DNA of 63,972 nt, filler included, from Lama guanicoe (GCA_013239625.1; 79 parts of 77 records of this genome joined end to end with filler, not necessarily neighbours in it); one strand, 5' to 3'. Shown: positions 1 to 12,662, numbered from the whole stretch's first letter. The notes: a model not told the origin generated them from the sequence alone. Numbers and translations: made by a program.

Positions 1-453
1 TGTTGGTAGGAATGAAGTTTGGTGTAGTCACTGTGGAAAACAGGATGGGGATTCCTCAAAAGATTAAAAATTGACTTAACATATGATCCAGCAATCCCAC
101 TTCTGGGTATATATCAAAGAGAACCCTAATTCAAAATGTCAACTGCACCCCAGTGTTCTCAGCAGTGCTATATACAGCAGCCACGACATGGAAGCACCCA
201 AATTGTCCATCAACACATAACAGTGTACAGAAATTATGCCATATTTACAACCATATTTACAAAATGGAATAATATTCTGCCATAAAAAATGATAAAACAA
301 TGAATTTTGCAGCAAAATATATGTCCCAATAATCTGTCATACTAATTGAAGTAAGCCAGAAAGAGAAAGAAAAATAATGTATGACATGATATATGTAGAA
401 CCTTAAAAAAAATTTGGAAGAGAACACTATGATTTCATCTACAAAACTGAAAC
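1..453 (+). mobile_element. LINE-1 fragment (end of ORF2 and start of 3' UTR), degenerate
   Basis: L1 motifs tatgatccagcaatcccacttctgggtatata, aaatgtccatcaaca-like and gaagtaagccagaaagagaaagaaaaa. Confidence 0.9.
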
Positions 454-553
454 NNNNNNNNNNNNNNNNNNNNNNNNNNNNNNNNNNNNNNNNNNNNTTA
501 ATTAATTAANNNNNNNNNNNNNNNNNNNNNNNNNNNNNNNNNNNNNNNNNNNN
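454..553. other. Artificial scaffold-joining spacer (N44-TTAATTAATTAA-N44); first of about 78 identical copies, last one with its core at 63761
   Basis: Where counted, 44 N + palindromic TTAATTAATTAA (stop codons in all six frames) + 44 N = 100 bp. It recurs every 0.3-2 kb between unrelated sequences. Confidence 0.99.
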
Positions 554-589
554 TTTGAATATGTCTTGCCACTGACTTCTGCCTGCTGT

Positions 590-1200
590 ATTTGTGTAGG
601 AAATGAGTTTAAAATATTATGTATATAATTGTATATATACGTAAAGACCACCTAGAAATGAAGTTAACAAATAAGGTGAAATCATATACATTAAAAAACA
701 GAAAACATTGATGATGGAAATTAAAACTGATCCAAAGAAGTGAAAAGATCTCTTATGTTAATGATGTGAAACAATGTGGTTCAAACAAGCATACTACCCA
801 AAGGAATCTACATTTAGTGTGATTCATCTCAAAATAGCTATGAAATATTTCCATTAAATAGAACAAATAATTTCAAAATTTATATGTAATCACAAAGATC
901 ATGAGTTGCAAATATAATCTTGAAAAAGTGTATTAAATCTAATGGTGTAAAGTTTTCTGATGTTAAACAGTCCGACAAAGCTTTAGTAATTAAGACAACA
1001 TGATATGGGCTCAAAAACAGACACCAATCAGTAGAAGAGAATAGAGCAACCAGATATAATCCCTCACACCTATGATCAATTAATCCATGAAAAATGAAGC
1101 AAGAGTATAAAATGAAGAAAAGACATTCTCCTCAATAATTAGTGCTGGGGAGATTGAACATTGAAAAAATAGATTAGAATATTTCCTCACATTCTATACA
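590..1200 (+). mobile_element. Old LINE-1 ORF2 fragment (post-RT region)
   Basis: A-rich sequence with decayed ORF2 motifs (gaaaacattgatgatggaaatt, caaaacagacac...gaagagaatagag, ggagattgaaca); many stops. Confidence 0.75.
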
Positions 1201-1279
1201 ATCCATGACAAAGAATAACATTTTATTTCTTTTGTTTACTAATATTTCTTGTACCTTTAGTTTATAGATCTATGTTTAG

Positions 1280-1467
1280 ATCTTTTATTTCACTTACCAA
1301 TTTATTCCTATATTATTCTTTTGGGTATAAATTTACATAGAATTATTTTCCTAATTTCTCTTTCTGATAATGTGTTGTTACTATACAAAAATGCAACGGA
1401 TATTTGTATATTGATTTTGAATTCTTTAAGTATATTAAGTTTGTTCATTATTTCTTACAGTCACTGG
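1280..1467 (-). mobile_element. LINE-1 ORF2 fragment, antisense
   Basis: ttcctaatttctctttctgata...tatacaaaaatgcaacggatatttgtatattgatttt is the reverse complement of the KINIQKSVAFLY region. Confidence 0.75.
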
Positions 1468-2404
1468 NNNNNNNNNNNNNNNNNNNNNNNNNNNNNNNNN
1501 NNNNNNNNNNNTTAATTAATTAANNNNNNNNNNNNNNNNNNNNNNNNNNNNNNNNNNNNNNNNNNNNGGACTATCTTGGCATATCTTTATGTTTCAGCAT
1601 ATCTGGATAAACATCCAGGCAAATGCTTTTCAGCTATGTTAGCTCTAAACTCACCACTTTATCTCCAGCTCATCTTTGAACATTTGGTGTCCTCCTTTTA
1701 CCTACTTACACTTTCCAAGTCTCAGCACTAAATCCACCTCCTCCAAATGTTTTCTGTCTATCCCCCTTTCCTTGTCTAACTTGGATACCAGCACAGTAAG
1801 CACAGCAAATGCCACAGGATGCATTTAAGTATTTAGTGAATGAAAAATACATGTTCACTTTAAGCAAAATCTACTTTTCTGAAACAACAAATCTCTTATG
1901 GTTTTCAAACTATTTCGTTATGGTCTTTACTCTTCACCACAAACTAGCTCTTTTCATAGCTCAAGGTCTAGTCACTCAAGACACGAAGTGGAGGTAGGTA
2001 CAGGAGACAAAGTATTATTTTCTTCTTAATTCATGCCTACAGACGCCTAAAGGATTCCATTCTCATTTGCTGTATTTTTTCCTATCTCTTCATCACCCAC
2101 CCACCACAAAATAGCTGATTCTCTTCCCCATTCTGATAACTATACTGTTTTCTAATTAATTTACTTTTAGAATCAGAGCATTTTCCAGATGAGACAGTGC
2201 CATTGCAAACATTTGATGTAGGTTTATACACCCCACATAACTTGTGTCCTTTCTAACCTTCACACAGTTAGTATCTAAGAGGTACTAGAACCTTGGTTGG
2301 GGGTNNNNNNNNNNNNNNNNNNNNNNNNNNNNNNNNNNNNNNNNNNNNTTAATTAATTAANNNNNNNNNNNNNNNNNNNNNNNNNNNNNNNNNNNNNNNN
2401 NNNN

Positions 2405-2697
2405 GAGCCACAGACATAGTCAACAGTCTTATGGTTACTGGGGGAAAGGAGGTAGGAAGGGATCAATGTGGGAGTTTGAGATTTGCAAATGTTAGCCACT
2501 ACATATAAAAATAGATTGAAAGAACAAATTTCTTCTATATAGCACTGGGAAATATATTCAGTATCTTATAATAACCTTTGATGAAAAAGAATATGAAAGC
2601 AAATACATGCATGTATATACATATATGGCTGGGACACTGTGCTGTACACCAGAAACTGATACATTGTAACTGACTATACTTCAATTTTTAAAAAAAG
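2405..2697 (+). mobile_element. LINE-1 3' UTR with A-rich tail
   Basis: ggagtttgagatttgcaaat...tatagcactgggaaatatattcagtatctt...gctgtacaccagaaactgatacattgtaactgactatacttcaa followed by an A-run. Confidence 0.9.
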
Positions 2698-3260
2698 AAC
2701 GAAACTCTAGCAAAGTTCTTACTGATACTCTATAGTTCTTACTGATACTCCATCATCTCTTTCAGCCAGAGTGACTTTAAGCTGACTCCTTCGTCCCTTT
2801 GATAAGATCATGGCAGTCTTTGAGACCTTTCCTGGTATCACTAGGACTACGTGTTTCTTTTTCAGCTTGAGTATTGACTACCCCGACATGGATTCAGTGA
2901 TTTCATTAAGAATCTCTGGTTTGTTTTTGTGCAAAACAGTATTCACAGAACAACTTGAATATCCTAGGGAGACTTACTGGAACTGGTTTATTTCTAGGCC
3001 AACTAGGCACCTGAAAAATGTTGTTTCTTTCCATTGTGTTAGTTGTGTGTGTCTGAATTTCTGAATGTCTTAAGTTTAGTCATAGACAGTGATTTGACCA
3101 CGATGCACTACCCAGACTTGGGGGTCCCTGTAGTCAGCTGCTGTCCCCTCTGTGGATAAANNNNNNNNNNNNNNNNNNNNNNNNNNNNNNNNNNNNNNNN
3201 NNNNTTAATTAATTAANNNNNNNNNNNNNNNNNNNNNNNNNNNNNNNNNNNNNNNNNNNN

Positions 3261-4160
3261 GTGGAGGAGGAGGAGGAGGATGTGGAAGAGAAGGAGGATG
3301 TGGAGGAGATGGATGTGGAGGAAGAGGAGGGGGATGTGGAGGTGGAGGAGGATGTGGAGGAGGAGGAGGATGTGGAGGAGGAGGAGGAGGAGGAGGAGGA
3401 GGAGGAGGAGGAGGAGACAAGGAGGAGGACATGGAGGAGGAGATGGAGGAGGAGGAGAAGGAGGATGTGGAGGAGGAGGAGGAGGAGGAGGAGGAGGAGG
3501 AGGAGGAGGAGGAGGAGGAGGAGGGGGAGGAGGAGGAGGAGGAGGAGGAGGGGGANNNNNNNNNNNNNNNNNNNNNNNNNNNNNNNNNNNNNNNNNNNNN
3601 NNNNNNNNNNNNNNNNNNNNNNNNNNNNNNNNNNNNNNNNNNNNNNNNNNNNNNNNNNNNNNNNNNNNNNNNNNNNNNNNNNNNNNNNNNNNNNNNNNNN
3701 NNNNNNNNNNNNNNNNNNNNNNNNNNNNNNNNNNNNNNNNNNNNNNNNNNNNNNNNNNNNNNNNNNNNNNNNNNNNNNNNNNNNNNNNNNNNNNNNNNNN
3801 NNNNNNNNNNNNNNNNNNNNNNNNNNNNNNNNNNNNNNNNNNNNNNNNNNNNNNNNNNNNNNNNNNNNNNNNNNNNNNNNNNNNNNNNNNNNNNNNNNNN
3901 NGAGGAGGAGGTGGAGGAGGAGAAGGAGGAGGACGTGGAGGAGGAGGTGGTGGAGGAGTAGGTGGAGGAGGAGGAGGAGGTGGAAGAGGAGGACGAGTTG
4001 GCAAGAGAGGAAGAAATATAGAGGAGTAGGTGGAGGACGAGGACGTGGAAAAGGAGGTGCAGGAGTAGGATGAGGTGGAGGAGGAGCAGGAGGCGGAGGA
4101 GCAGCAGGAGGTGGTGGAGGAGGTGGAGGTGGAAGAGGAGGAGGAGGATGTGGAGGAGGA
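3261..4160 (+). repeat. (GGA)n-based complex tandem repeat (GGAGGATGTGGA variants)
   Basis: Nearly pure purine GGA array with landmark gagttggcaagagaggaagaaatatagaggag at ~3995-4026. Confidence 0.9.
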
Positions 4161-4260
4161 NNNNNNNNNNNNNNNNNNNNNNNNNNNNNNNNNNNNNNNN
4201 NNNNTTAATTAATTAANNNNNNNNNNNNNNNNNNNNNNNNNNNNNNNNNNNNNNNNNNNN

Positions 4261-4497
4261 GTAAGCCAGAAAGAGAAAGAAAAACAACACTTGAGATGAC
4301 ATATATAGAACTTTAAAAACGAAAATTTGGATGTGAACAGTATGATTTCATCTACAAAACTGAATCACACTTGCACATCTACTTAATAATCTTATGGTTA
4401 ATGCAGAAAGGGACTGGTAGAGGATATATTTGGGAGCTGTAGATTTATAAATATTATCCAGTATATATAAAAATAGATGTTTTCAAAATTTCTTTTG
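4261..4497 (+). mobile_element. LINE-1 3' UTR fragment
   Basis: gtaagccagaaagagaaagaaaaa...catctacaaaactgaa...aataatcttatggtta; closely resembles 351-453. Confidence 0.85.
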
Positions 4498-4729
4498 NNN
4501 NNNNNNNNNNNNNNNNNNNNNNNNNNNNNNNNNNNNNNNNNNNNNNNNNNNNNNNNNNNNNNNNNNNNNNNNNNNNNNNNNNNNNNNNNNNNNNNNNNNN
4601 NNNNTAAATGGCATAATGATAAATAAATCAATAAATATGTAAATATATAAATAAATAAATAAGTAAAAAATATTACTTAATAATAAAAGAAATACAAAGA
4701 TTCACACTACTTATCTTTACACATCAAGT

Positions 4730-5144
4730 ATTTAACAGAAAACAGGAAGAATAAAGAAGAAAATTGAATAAATGAGAGCAAGGCAAATAACAAGAGAAAC
4801 AATTGAAAAGATAAAAAAAGATTATACCTAAGTATGTTTCTTTTCAAGATTAAGTGGATAAAAGTTTATGTTGGCTAAGAAAATAAAGACTCAAATAAAA
4901 TTATAAATAAAAGAGCAGATATTACCACTGATGTTGTAGAGATGTATAGCATCATATGAAATTACCACTAGCCAACGAATTGAATGACTTAGAACAAAAG
5001 ACAGATTCCCAGAAACATATGCCTTCCAATACTGAATCAAGAAAAAATAAGAAAGTTAAATTCAGTAAAAGTGTGTATGAGTAAATCAGCAATCCAAACT
5101 TCCTAAATCAGAAAAAATTTACAAGATGACGTTATTGGTGAATT
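4730..5144 (+). mobile_element. Old LINE-1 ORF2 fragment (linker between EN and RT)
   Basis: agactcaaataaaattataaataaaagagcagatattaccactgat...gacagattcccagaaacatat...ctgaatcaagaa. Confidence 0.75.
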
Positions 5145-7655
5145 NNNNNNNNNNNNNNNNNNNNNNNNNNNNNNNNNNNNNNNNNNNNTTAATTAATTAA
5201 NNNNNNNNNNNNNNNNNNNNNNNNNNNNNNNNNNNNNNNNNNNNTAGAAATCCTAAAGAATTATATTGTTTGTTTGTCCATCTGTAGTTTTCTCCCTGGC
5301 AAAATCTAGATCACTGGCAAAGTAGAAAAGTTAGCTGGTGTTTGAAAACTGTTCTCTGAGCTCTGCCCAATGAATTCTTCCCACTAAATACTACAAATCT
5401 CTCTACCACTGTGTGTGTGTGTGAAAATGGTTTGTTAAGCAGTAACTAAGTTTGTCTTAGTTGAGTCAATAGTGAATTATTCCTCTGCATCTGGCAGAAT
5501 CTCTGTGAATATTTCATTTAGCCACCAGATTTTCTTCCGATCAGGGAGAGGTAGATTATATTTTTCCCAGTATACTACTTGTTACCTTTTCATTGAATCC
5601 CAAGCTAATGCTAGGGCAAAGCCACTGAACCCTTGAATTGGACAGAGACATATACATTCTCCAGTCCCAAGCGTCCAGCACAGAACTGTGTCTCCTTTTT
5701 AATATAAGCTTATGTCTAATTNNNNNNNNNNNNNNNNNNNNNNNNNNNNNNNNNNNNNNNNNNNNTTAATTAATTAANNNNNNNNNNNNNNNNNNNNNNN
5801 NNNNNNNNNNNNNNNNNNNNNTAAAGTTTGCTCTGAAATAGTGAAGTCATAAAGCTATTATTTGCAGAAGACAAACAGTTGGTTTATAATCTGCAGCATA
5901 TCTCCCTTTATAAAATAATAATAGGATCAACATTAAGAAAGTGGAAGATAATTGATTTTCTTTTAAAGCTGAAACATAAACTTTCTTGTGCTAATGTTGC
6001 AACTGGAAATTTTGAAAAGAAAAATCCTACTCTAATAACATCTACATGGAATACATATATGCCTTTCACGTTTGTAAAGTAACTGCGCAGTGGTTTTTGA
6101 AGTCAGGACCATTACACCACAGATACTGGCAGTGACGGTTGCTGGTTTTCAATGGAAGAACATAAATTTGCCTTCTTAGCTTTTTAATTTTTTTGTAGTG
6201 AGTGGGTTGAGTAGTGCTTTGTCAGTATGATTTTGGGGCAATTTGGGGGCATAAGTCATGCACCAGCAGTGATATATTTCCATGCATTTTACTTTCTGGA
6301 CATCAACAGGGCACATCTGGGGTTGGTACCTGCAGGCTGGGATGCTGCAGGACTCCCTGATCCATCACCGTTATGTCCTGGAGCTGCTGCGGTCAGTGAA
6401 TTGTTTTCTGTGTCTTGGAGGTAAGGTGGTCTGATGCAGATGATCAGATGTGTACTTAAAGTACTATTACTTGAAATAAGAGAAACCTAGAAAAATGGCT
6501 CTAACAATAAAGGATAAGGGAGAATTGTCTGAGCTGCTTGAAGTGGGGAGTCTTCTCAGGTGACTTCCTCACAGTGATCCCTTTCAATATCTGCCCCAGC
6601 CCTGCGCGGTAGACCTGCTGAAGCAAGCAAGCACTTTGCTCAGAAATGCAGTGAATTTCCTTGTGCCTCTGTTGGTTGTCTTTTTTTTTAAAGCACATCT
6701 TTGCCTTTGTTTAAGTGCCATCCCTGCCNNNNNNNNNNNNNNNNNNNNNNNNNNNNNNNNNNNNNNNNNNNNTTAATTAATTAANNNNNNNNNNNNNNNN
6801 NNNNNNNNNNNNNNNNNNNNNNNNNNNNGCAGTGGAGCCGTGAGGGGGAAACGGCTGGCTGACCCTGGTCTGTGTTGCTGGCCAGGAATGAGGAGTGGGG
6901 AGGAGGGAGGGAGGGAGGCAGGTAGCCCTGCTGTGTGTTCTTGCTGTCTGTCTGTCCCACTGTTCTCATCTCTTTGGTACTCAGTAGTAGACATCAACTA
7001 CTTTAGTTTCAGTGTGATTGCTCATGGCATGTGGCCTGGGGTGAAATCTCCAGAGTAACTACCCTCTTTGACTGACTTTTCGTCCTGACCAATCAAACCG
7101 TCATATGTTTGGAAAACCCAAAGTAGAGGAAGCCCTTGTAACTTGCCTGTTCTCGGGCATAAGTAAGTGTGACTCTTACCCAGAAACCCTGCAGACAGAC
7201 ACGTCTGGGGTGCTCCCCTCCACGCCTAGGCTACTGCTGCTTTTGGCCCTACAGTGCATCCTTCCATCCTTCACCACCCTTTCACACCCTTTCTTGAAGG
7301 TTTTTGTGAAAGACTCCCTTCCATAACCAACATCGCAAAGAGAGGAAAGGATTCCTGTTTATTTTTGGCTTCTCTTAGGTCTCCCCACCCTTAAAACTAA
7401 TCTACCTCTGGTCAAACATACCTTTAAACTTTGTATGGCTGACAGCTTCCACCTAAAATACTGTCTAGTGATGAAAGTGAAATGTGCCCTTTCTTTGTGC
7501 CCCAAAATGTCGAGCACGTAACTGATGACAAATGTGAATACAGGCCTGGGGAAAGNNNNNNNNNNNNNNNNNNNNNNNNNNNNNNNNNNNNNNNNNNNNT
7601 TAATTAATTAANNNNNNNNNNNNNNNNNNNNNNNNNNNNNNNNNNNNNNNNNNNN

Positions 7656-8557
7656 AATTTAGAATATATAAAATAGAATAATGAATATGGAATTTAGAAT
7701 ATAGAATTTAGAACACAAAACTTAGAATATAGAATACAGAATACTGAATATATAATTAAGAATATAGAATGTAGAAAAAAGAATATAGAATAGAGAATAG
7801 AGAATATAGAACCCTGAATTTAGAACATGGAATGCAGAACACAGAATTTACAATATAGAATACAGAATACTGAATACACAATATAGAATGTAGAACACAG
7901 AATATAGAATATAGAAGACGGAATGTAGAATATACAATACAGAATATAGAATGTAGAACACAGAATATAGAATATGGATAACAGAATACAGAACCCAGAA
8001 TTTAGAACATGGAATGCAGAACATAGAATTTAGAATACAGAATACAGAATACTGAATATAGAATTATACAGAATACATAGAATTTAGAACATAGAATGCG
8101 AAACACAGAATAAAGAATATAGAATAAACAATAATGAATAAACACTTAGAACATTGAATGAAGAACACAGATTTTAGAATTTAGAATAGAAAATACTGAA
8201 TATAGAATTTAGAATATAGAATGTAAAACACAGAATATAGAATATAAAATATGGAATGCACAATACAGATCGTAGAATATAGAATGAAGAACCCGAAGTA
8301 TAGAATTTAGAATAGAGAATACAGAACACAGAATTTAGAGCATGGAATGCTGAACACAGAATTTAGAATATAGAATACAGAATACTGAAAATAGAATGTA
8401 GAAGTTAAAATTGTATCATAGAATTTACAATATAGAATACAGAATACAGAATATAGAATTAAAATACAGAATGTAGAAAAGAGAATATAGACTACAGAAT
8501 ACAGAAAACAGAATTTAGAACATCGAATGCAGAACACAGAATGTAGAATATAGAATA
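7656..8557 (+). repeat. 7-bp-periodic AGAATAT/AGAACAC/AGAATAC satellite
   Basis: Heptamer periodicity; landmark catggaatgcag recurs at a 182-bp (26x7) spacing, TGG at 7828 and 8010. Confidence 0.95.
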
Positions 8558-8657
8558 NNNNNNNNNNNNNNNNNNNNNNNNNNNNNNNNNNNNNNNNNNN
8601 NTTAATTAATTAANNNNNNNNNNNNNNNNNNNNNNNNNNNNNNNNNNNNNNNNNNNN

Positions 8658-9226
8658 TCTGTTTCCATATTCTATATTCTGTGTACTAATTTGTATATTC
8701 TCCATACTATATTCTGCCTTCCGTATTTTATATTCTATATTCTGCGTTCTACAATCTATATTCTAAATTCTATATTCAGAAATATGTATTCCATATTATA
8801 AATTCTGTGTTCTGCTTTCCATGTTCTAAATTCTGGGTTCCATATTCTGTTTTCCATATTTTATATTCTGTGTTCTACATTCTATATTTTAAATTGTATA
8901 TTCAGTATTCTGTATTCTATATTCTAAATTCTGTGTTCTACATTCCGTGTTCTAATTTCTCGATTCTCTATTCTATATTCTCTAATCTATATTCTGTGTT
9001 CTACATTCTATATTCTAAATTCTATATTCAGTATTCTCTATTATTAAATTCTGTGTTGTACATTCTTTACTCTTAATCCTATATTCTGTATTCTGTATTC
9101 TATATTATATATTATGTGTTCTGCATTCCATGTTCTAAATTCAGTGTTCTATATTCTGTTTTCCATATTTTATATTATGTGTTCTTCATTCTATATTCTG
9201 TATTCTATATTCTGCATTCGAATTCT
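8658..9226 (-). repeat. 7-bp AGAATAT satellite (ATTCT strand shown)
   Basis: attctatattctaaattctgtgttct repeats. Confidence 0.95.
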
Positions 9227-10022
9227 NNNNNNNNNNNNNNNNNNNNNNNNNNNNNNNNNNNNNNNNNNNNTTAATTAATTAANNNNNNNNNNNNNNNNNN
9301 NNNNNNNNNNNNNNNNNNNNNNNNNNCTTAATCTCAACAGCCTTCTGACGGAAGTCTTGTCATCAACCCCATTTGGCAAAGGAGGGGATGGAATCACAGA
9401 GAGGCTAAGTGCCTTGCTGTGGGCAGCCAGCTCTCTCGTGGCGGGGAGGTGGGCAGCAAGGGCTCTCGCTCTTTATCTGTGCCCACCTCTCTGAGATGAA
9501 TTGTGAGCATGTTGATAGCCCCGGAGGTGGCGATCCGGGGCTATCTAATTGTTGGTATAAATCTGGCACATGAAAATCTATTTCCTTTTATGATTTGTTT
9601 TTATTTTCCTTCTATTTACGTGTCAGTATTTATCAAGGCTTGACATGGAGCCCCGTGTTCTTTTCTTTGAATGTTGCATCCGCTGCCATGGCCGCATCTT
9701 CACACCCACGCACTGACTCCCCAGCATGGATCTCGGTCCTTGACAAACAGCTATTTGGCTCCAGCTGCCTGTTAAGCATTTCTAATTGCATGGCTGCTGC
9801 CATAAAAATACTTAATCCCTAATGGATGATCTAGGGTCTAGTAACCAGCTGCGTCAACCTGGAGCAGTCATATATCTTTTCAGAGCTTCAGAGTTTTCTT
9901 GGCTGACAAGAGGTGGTTTGAAGTTGAGTATCTAGAGTACAAGACCTTACAGCCTAAGAGAAGCCTTAAATACCTAATTATTGACCTCCTTACACTGCCT
10001 AGGGTTCCTGTAGTTCTAATTT

Positions 10023-10192
10023 GTGCTGTTCAATACAGTTTAAACTTAAATTCTATACAGTTAAAAACTCTCTTCCTCGGACTCACTAGCCATGTTTAAA
10101 TGCTCAGTTGTCATATTGTGACTAGTGGCTACCATAACAAACAATGCTGACACAGAACATTTTTGTCATTACAGAATGTTTTTCTGGATGGC
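10023..10192. mobile_element. MER3/MER33-like hAT-Charlie MITE
   Basis: gtgctgttcaata...cactagccatgtttaaatgctcag...gactagtggctaccata...cagaacatttttgtcattacagaa resembles the MER3 consensus as I recall it. Confidence 0.65.
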
Positions 10193-10959
10193 TCAATATA
10201 TTAACCAACCATTGTGTTTAAAGCCAAAAATATTTTCCTTTCCATTAGCTCAAACTTCATACTTCTTTGTCTCATGTAGCATATGACACNNNNNNNNNNN
10301 NNNNNNNNNNNNNNNNNNNNNNNNNNNNNNNNNTTAATTAATTAANNNNNNNNNNNNNNNNNNNNNNNNNNNNNNNNNNNNNNNNNNNNTGTGTGGTGGT
10401 GATGAAGGATGGTGGTGCAATATGTGTGTGTGTGTGTGGGGGGGAGGGCTTAAACCAGAAAACTTACAAAAAAAAAATAGAGGTGCACATGTTACAGCAG
10501 GCAGTTAGCCAGACATACACAGAGAAGAGAGGCATAAGTCATGTGACAGCAAACCATACATCTTATGAAGACAAAGATCCTAGAGGCAAAAGAAGGTGGG
10601 AACCTCCAGTGTCTGAATGTAACCTTTTGCTCATTATGTCTTCATTAAAATAGAATCAGCATTGCAACCAAAGCAGTACCCATCATGCACCTGACACCAT
10701 GACAGATCCAAAAAGACCAAAATAAGGAACAAAACTCTCCTGTCTCTTGGGGAAGTAGAGAAGGGAAATAAGATCAAGAGAAACTCCTGAGTCCNNNNNN
10801 NNNNNNNNNNNNNNNNNNNNNNNNNNNNNNNNNNNNNNTTAATTAATTAANNNNNNNNNNNNNNNNNNNNNNNNNNNNNNNNNNNNNNNNNNNNCATAAA
10901 ACATGTAGTTGCAGGTCACCAGAGCAGGGGAAGAGAAAGCCAAAGGGTCTTAAATATAT

Positions 10960-11065
10960 TGCCTCAAAGGTGCCAAATTCCACTTCTGTTCACTGACCAT
11001 TCATTGACTAGAAATAATCATATGGCTCTACTTAACTGCAAGTGAGTTAGGAAATTTGAAGGCAT
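10960..11065. mobile_element. MLT1-type MaLR LTR fragment
   Basis: cacttctg...cattgactagaaataatcatatggctctacttaactgcaagtgagttaggaaat resembles the MLT1 core. Confidence 0.55.
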
Positions 11066-11103
11066 GGATGCATAGTCATGGACCATCATTACATGTATGT
11101 ATA

Positions 11104-11286
11104 ATCAGTCCTTCCTATCAGAGGGTCCTGCAGTCATGGAGTCAACCAACCACAAAACAATCTTTGAATAAAATTTGCAGAAAGTTTCAAAAGGCAGAAC
11201 TTGAATTTGTTGTGTGAAGGTAACTATTTACATAGCATTTATATTGTGTTAGGTATTCTGAGTAATCTAGAGATGGTTTAATTTAA
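11104..11286. mobile_element. MER2-type TcMar-Tigger element fragment
   Basis: catggagtcaaccaacc...gcagaacttgaatttg...taactatttacatagcatttatattgtgttaggtatt...taatctagagatg. Confidence 0.75.
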
Positions 11287-11635
11287 NNNNNNNNNNNNNN
11301 NNNNNNNNNNNNNNNNNNNNNNNNNNNNNNTTAATTAATTAANNNNNNNNNNNNNNNNNNNNNNNNNNNNNNNNNNNNNNNNNNNNTCTTTGATTTTTAA
11401 AGTTTGCTTTAAAATATTTTATTAAAACATGCTGTAAAACATACTGATAATTATTTGAAGGAGTTGGATGTCAATATATAATGCCATACATACATTTGTA
11501 AGAGATCAGAGCCAGTGTGCATTTCAGTAAGAACTTAAGAAAACAAATGTTTTTAATCTATACAACTGATTGAAATTCCAGATGTAACGTGTGCAGTTTA
11601 AACCAATACTTCAACATACTTTTTTTTTCTACAAG

Positions 11636-11769
11636 AATGGGGGTATCTTGGTGGATGTAGATATTGCTCAGCATTCAACTATCATAAGCTTTTCTGATTA
11701 CCATGAGGGATGTGCACCTGCCCTAATAATAAACCACACACCATGGGACGTCCTCACATACAAACAGAG
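11636..11769 (+). CDS. VPS13C: Internal coding exon of VPS13C (vacuolar protein sorting 13 homolog C)
   Basis: 134-bp exon with acceptor ttttttttctacaag| and donor AG|gtatgg. It encodes NGGILVDVDIAQHSTIISFSDYHEGCAPALIINHTPWDVLTYKQ(S), matching the VPS13C segment I recall (NGGILVDVNTAEHSTVITFSDYHEGSAPALIMNHTPWDILTYKQS). Confidence 0.88.
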
Positions 11770-11809
11770 GTATGGAAAAAAAGGGCTCCTGGAAAATCGG
11801 ATTTGCTTT

Positions 11810-12140
11810 TACGGGTCCACAGTGCCTTCTAGGAAATACGTGGAGCTAGATGTGTTTCATATTCCACATATTTTCAGATTTTAGAAAGGTAATAGGGAAC
11901 ACATGCTATTTATTACTAAAACCCCCAGCAGGTTTTGAGTCAGTCTTTAACCAAACATGTTAATATTTCTGCAGCAAATCTTTGCATATTCATAACAAGT
12001 GGAATAAATAAAACTTAATAGTTTCATGTCTGCTCAGATCAAGTTTTGTTGCCAAATGACTTCTGACACCAAACTTAGAGAAGAATATTTGGACTTCTGG
12101 AGCTTGTTCAATTTCTGAATTGTGTATAAGGAATTGTGAA
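11810..12140. mobile_element. Tigger-like non-autonomous DNA transposon in the VPS13C intron
   Basis: Imperfect terminal inverted repeats (tacgggtccacagtgcctt ... aaggaattgtgaa); subfamily not identified. Confidence 0.5.
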
Positions 12141-12240
12141 NNNNNNNNNNNNNNNNNNNNNNNNNNNNNNNNNNNNNNNNNNNNTTAATTAATTAANNNN
12201 NNNNNNNNNNNNNNNNNNNNNNNNNNNNNNNNNNNNNNNN

Positions 12241-12662
12241 TAATACCATGAAAAAAGAAATCAATCACAGAAAAACAGGGAGAAAAATGACAGCAACCAG
12301 ATTAAAAAACATGGTACTAAAACAAGTGGGGGGGTGATCAAGTAAAAGAAGAAAATATAAAATATCTTAAGAAATATGACAAAACACTACACAAAGTCTA
12401 AGGAATACAGTTAAAGCAGACTTTAGAGGGAAGTTCATAGTGACAAGGACCTCCTCAAAGTAGAAGAACAATTGCAAGTAAATAATCTAATGTTCTATGT
12501 AAACTAATCAAGAAAGAAGAGCAAACAGAACCAAAAGTCAGCAGATAGAGGGAAAATTTAAAAAAGAAAGAAGAAATAATATGAAGAAAGAAGAAATAAT
12601 TGAAATAGAGATTAAAAATAGAAAAAAAATCAATCAAACTATTTTTGAAATAGTAAACAAAA
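12241..12662 (+). mobile_element. LINE-1 ORF2 fragment (after the endonuclease domain)
   Basis: agagggaagttcatag...ctcaaag...aagaagagcaaacagaaccaaaagtcagcaga...aaaaaatcaatcaaact. Confidence 0.85.

Noticed and set aside
3205..4073. Glu-, Pro-, Gly- and Arg-rich ORFs (RPGR-ORF15-like or extensin-like)
   Set aside because: These are translations of a GGA repeat. The Glu frame shifts and hits stops, and the same repeat occurs in another scaffold.
8307..9076. Hydrophobic YSVFYILNS-type ORFs resembling membrane proteins (also near 20.7, 27, 33.5, 44.8 and 53.2 kb)
   Set aside because: They are translations of the ATTCT strand of the heptamer satellite.
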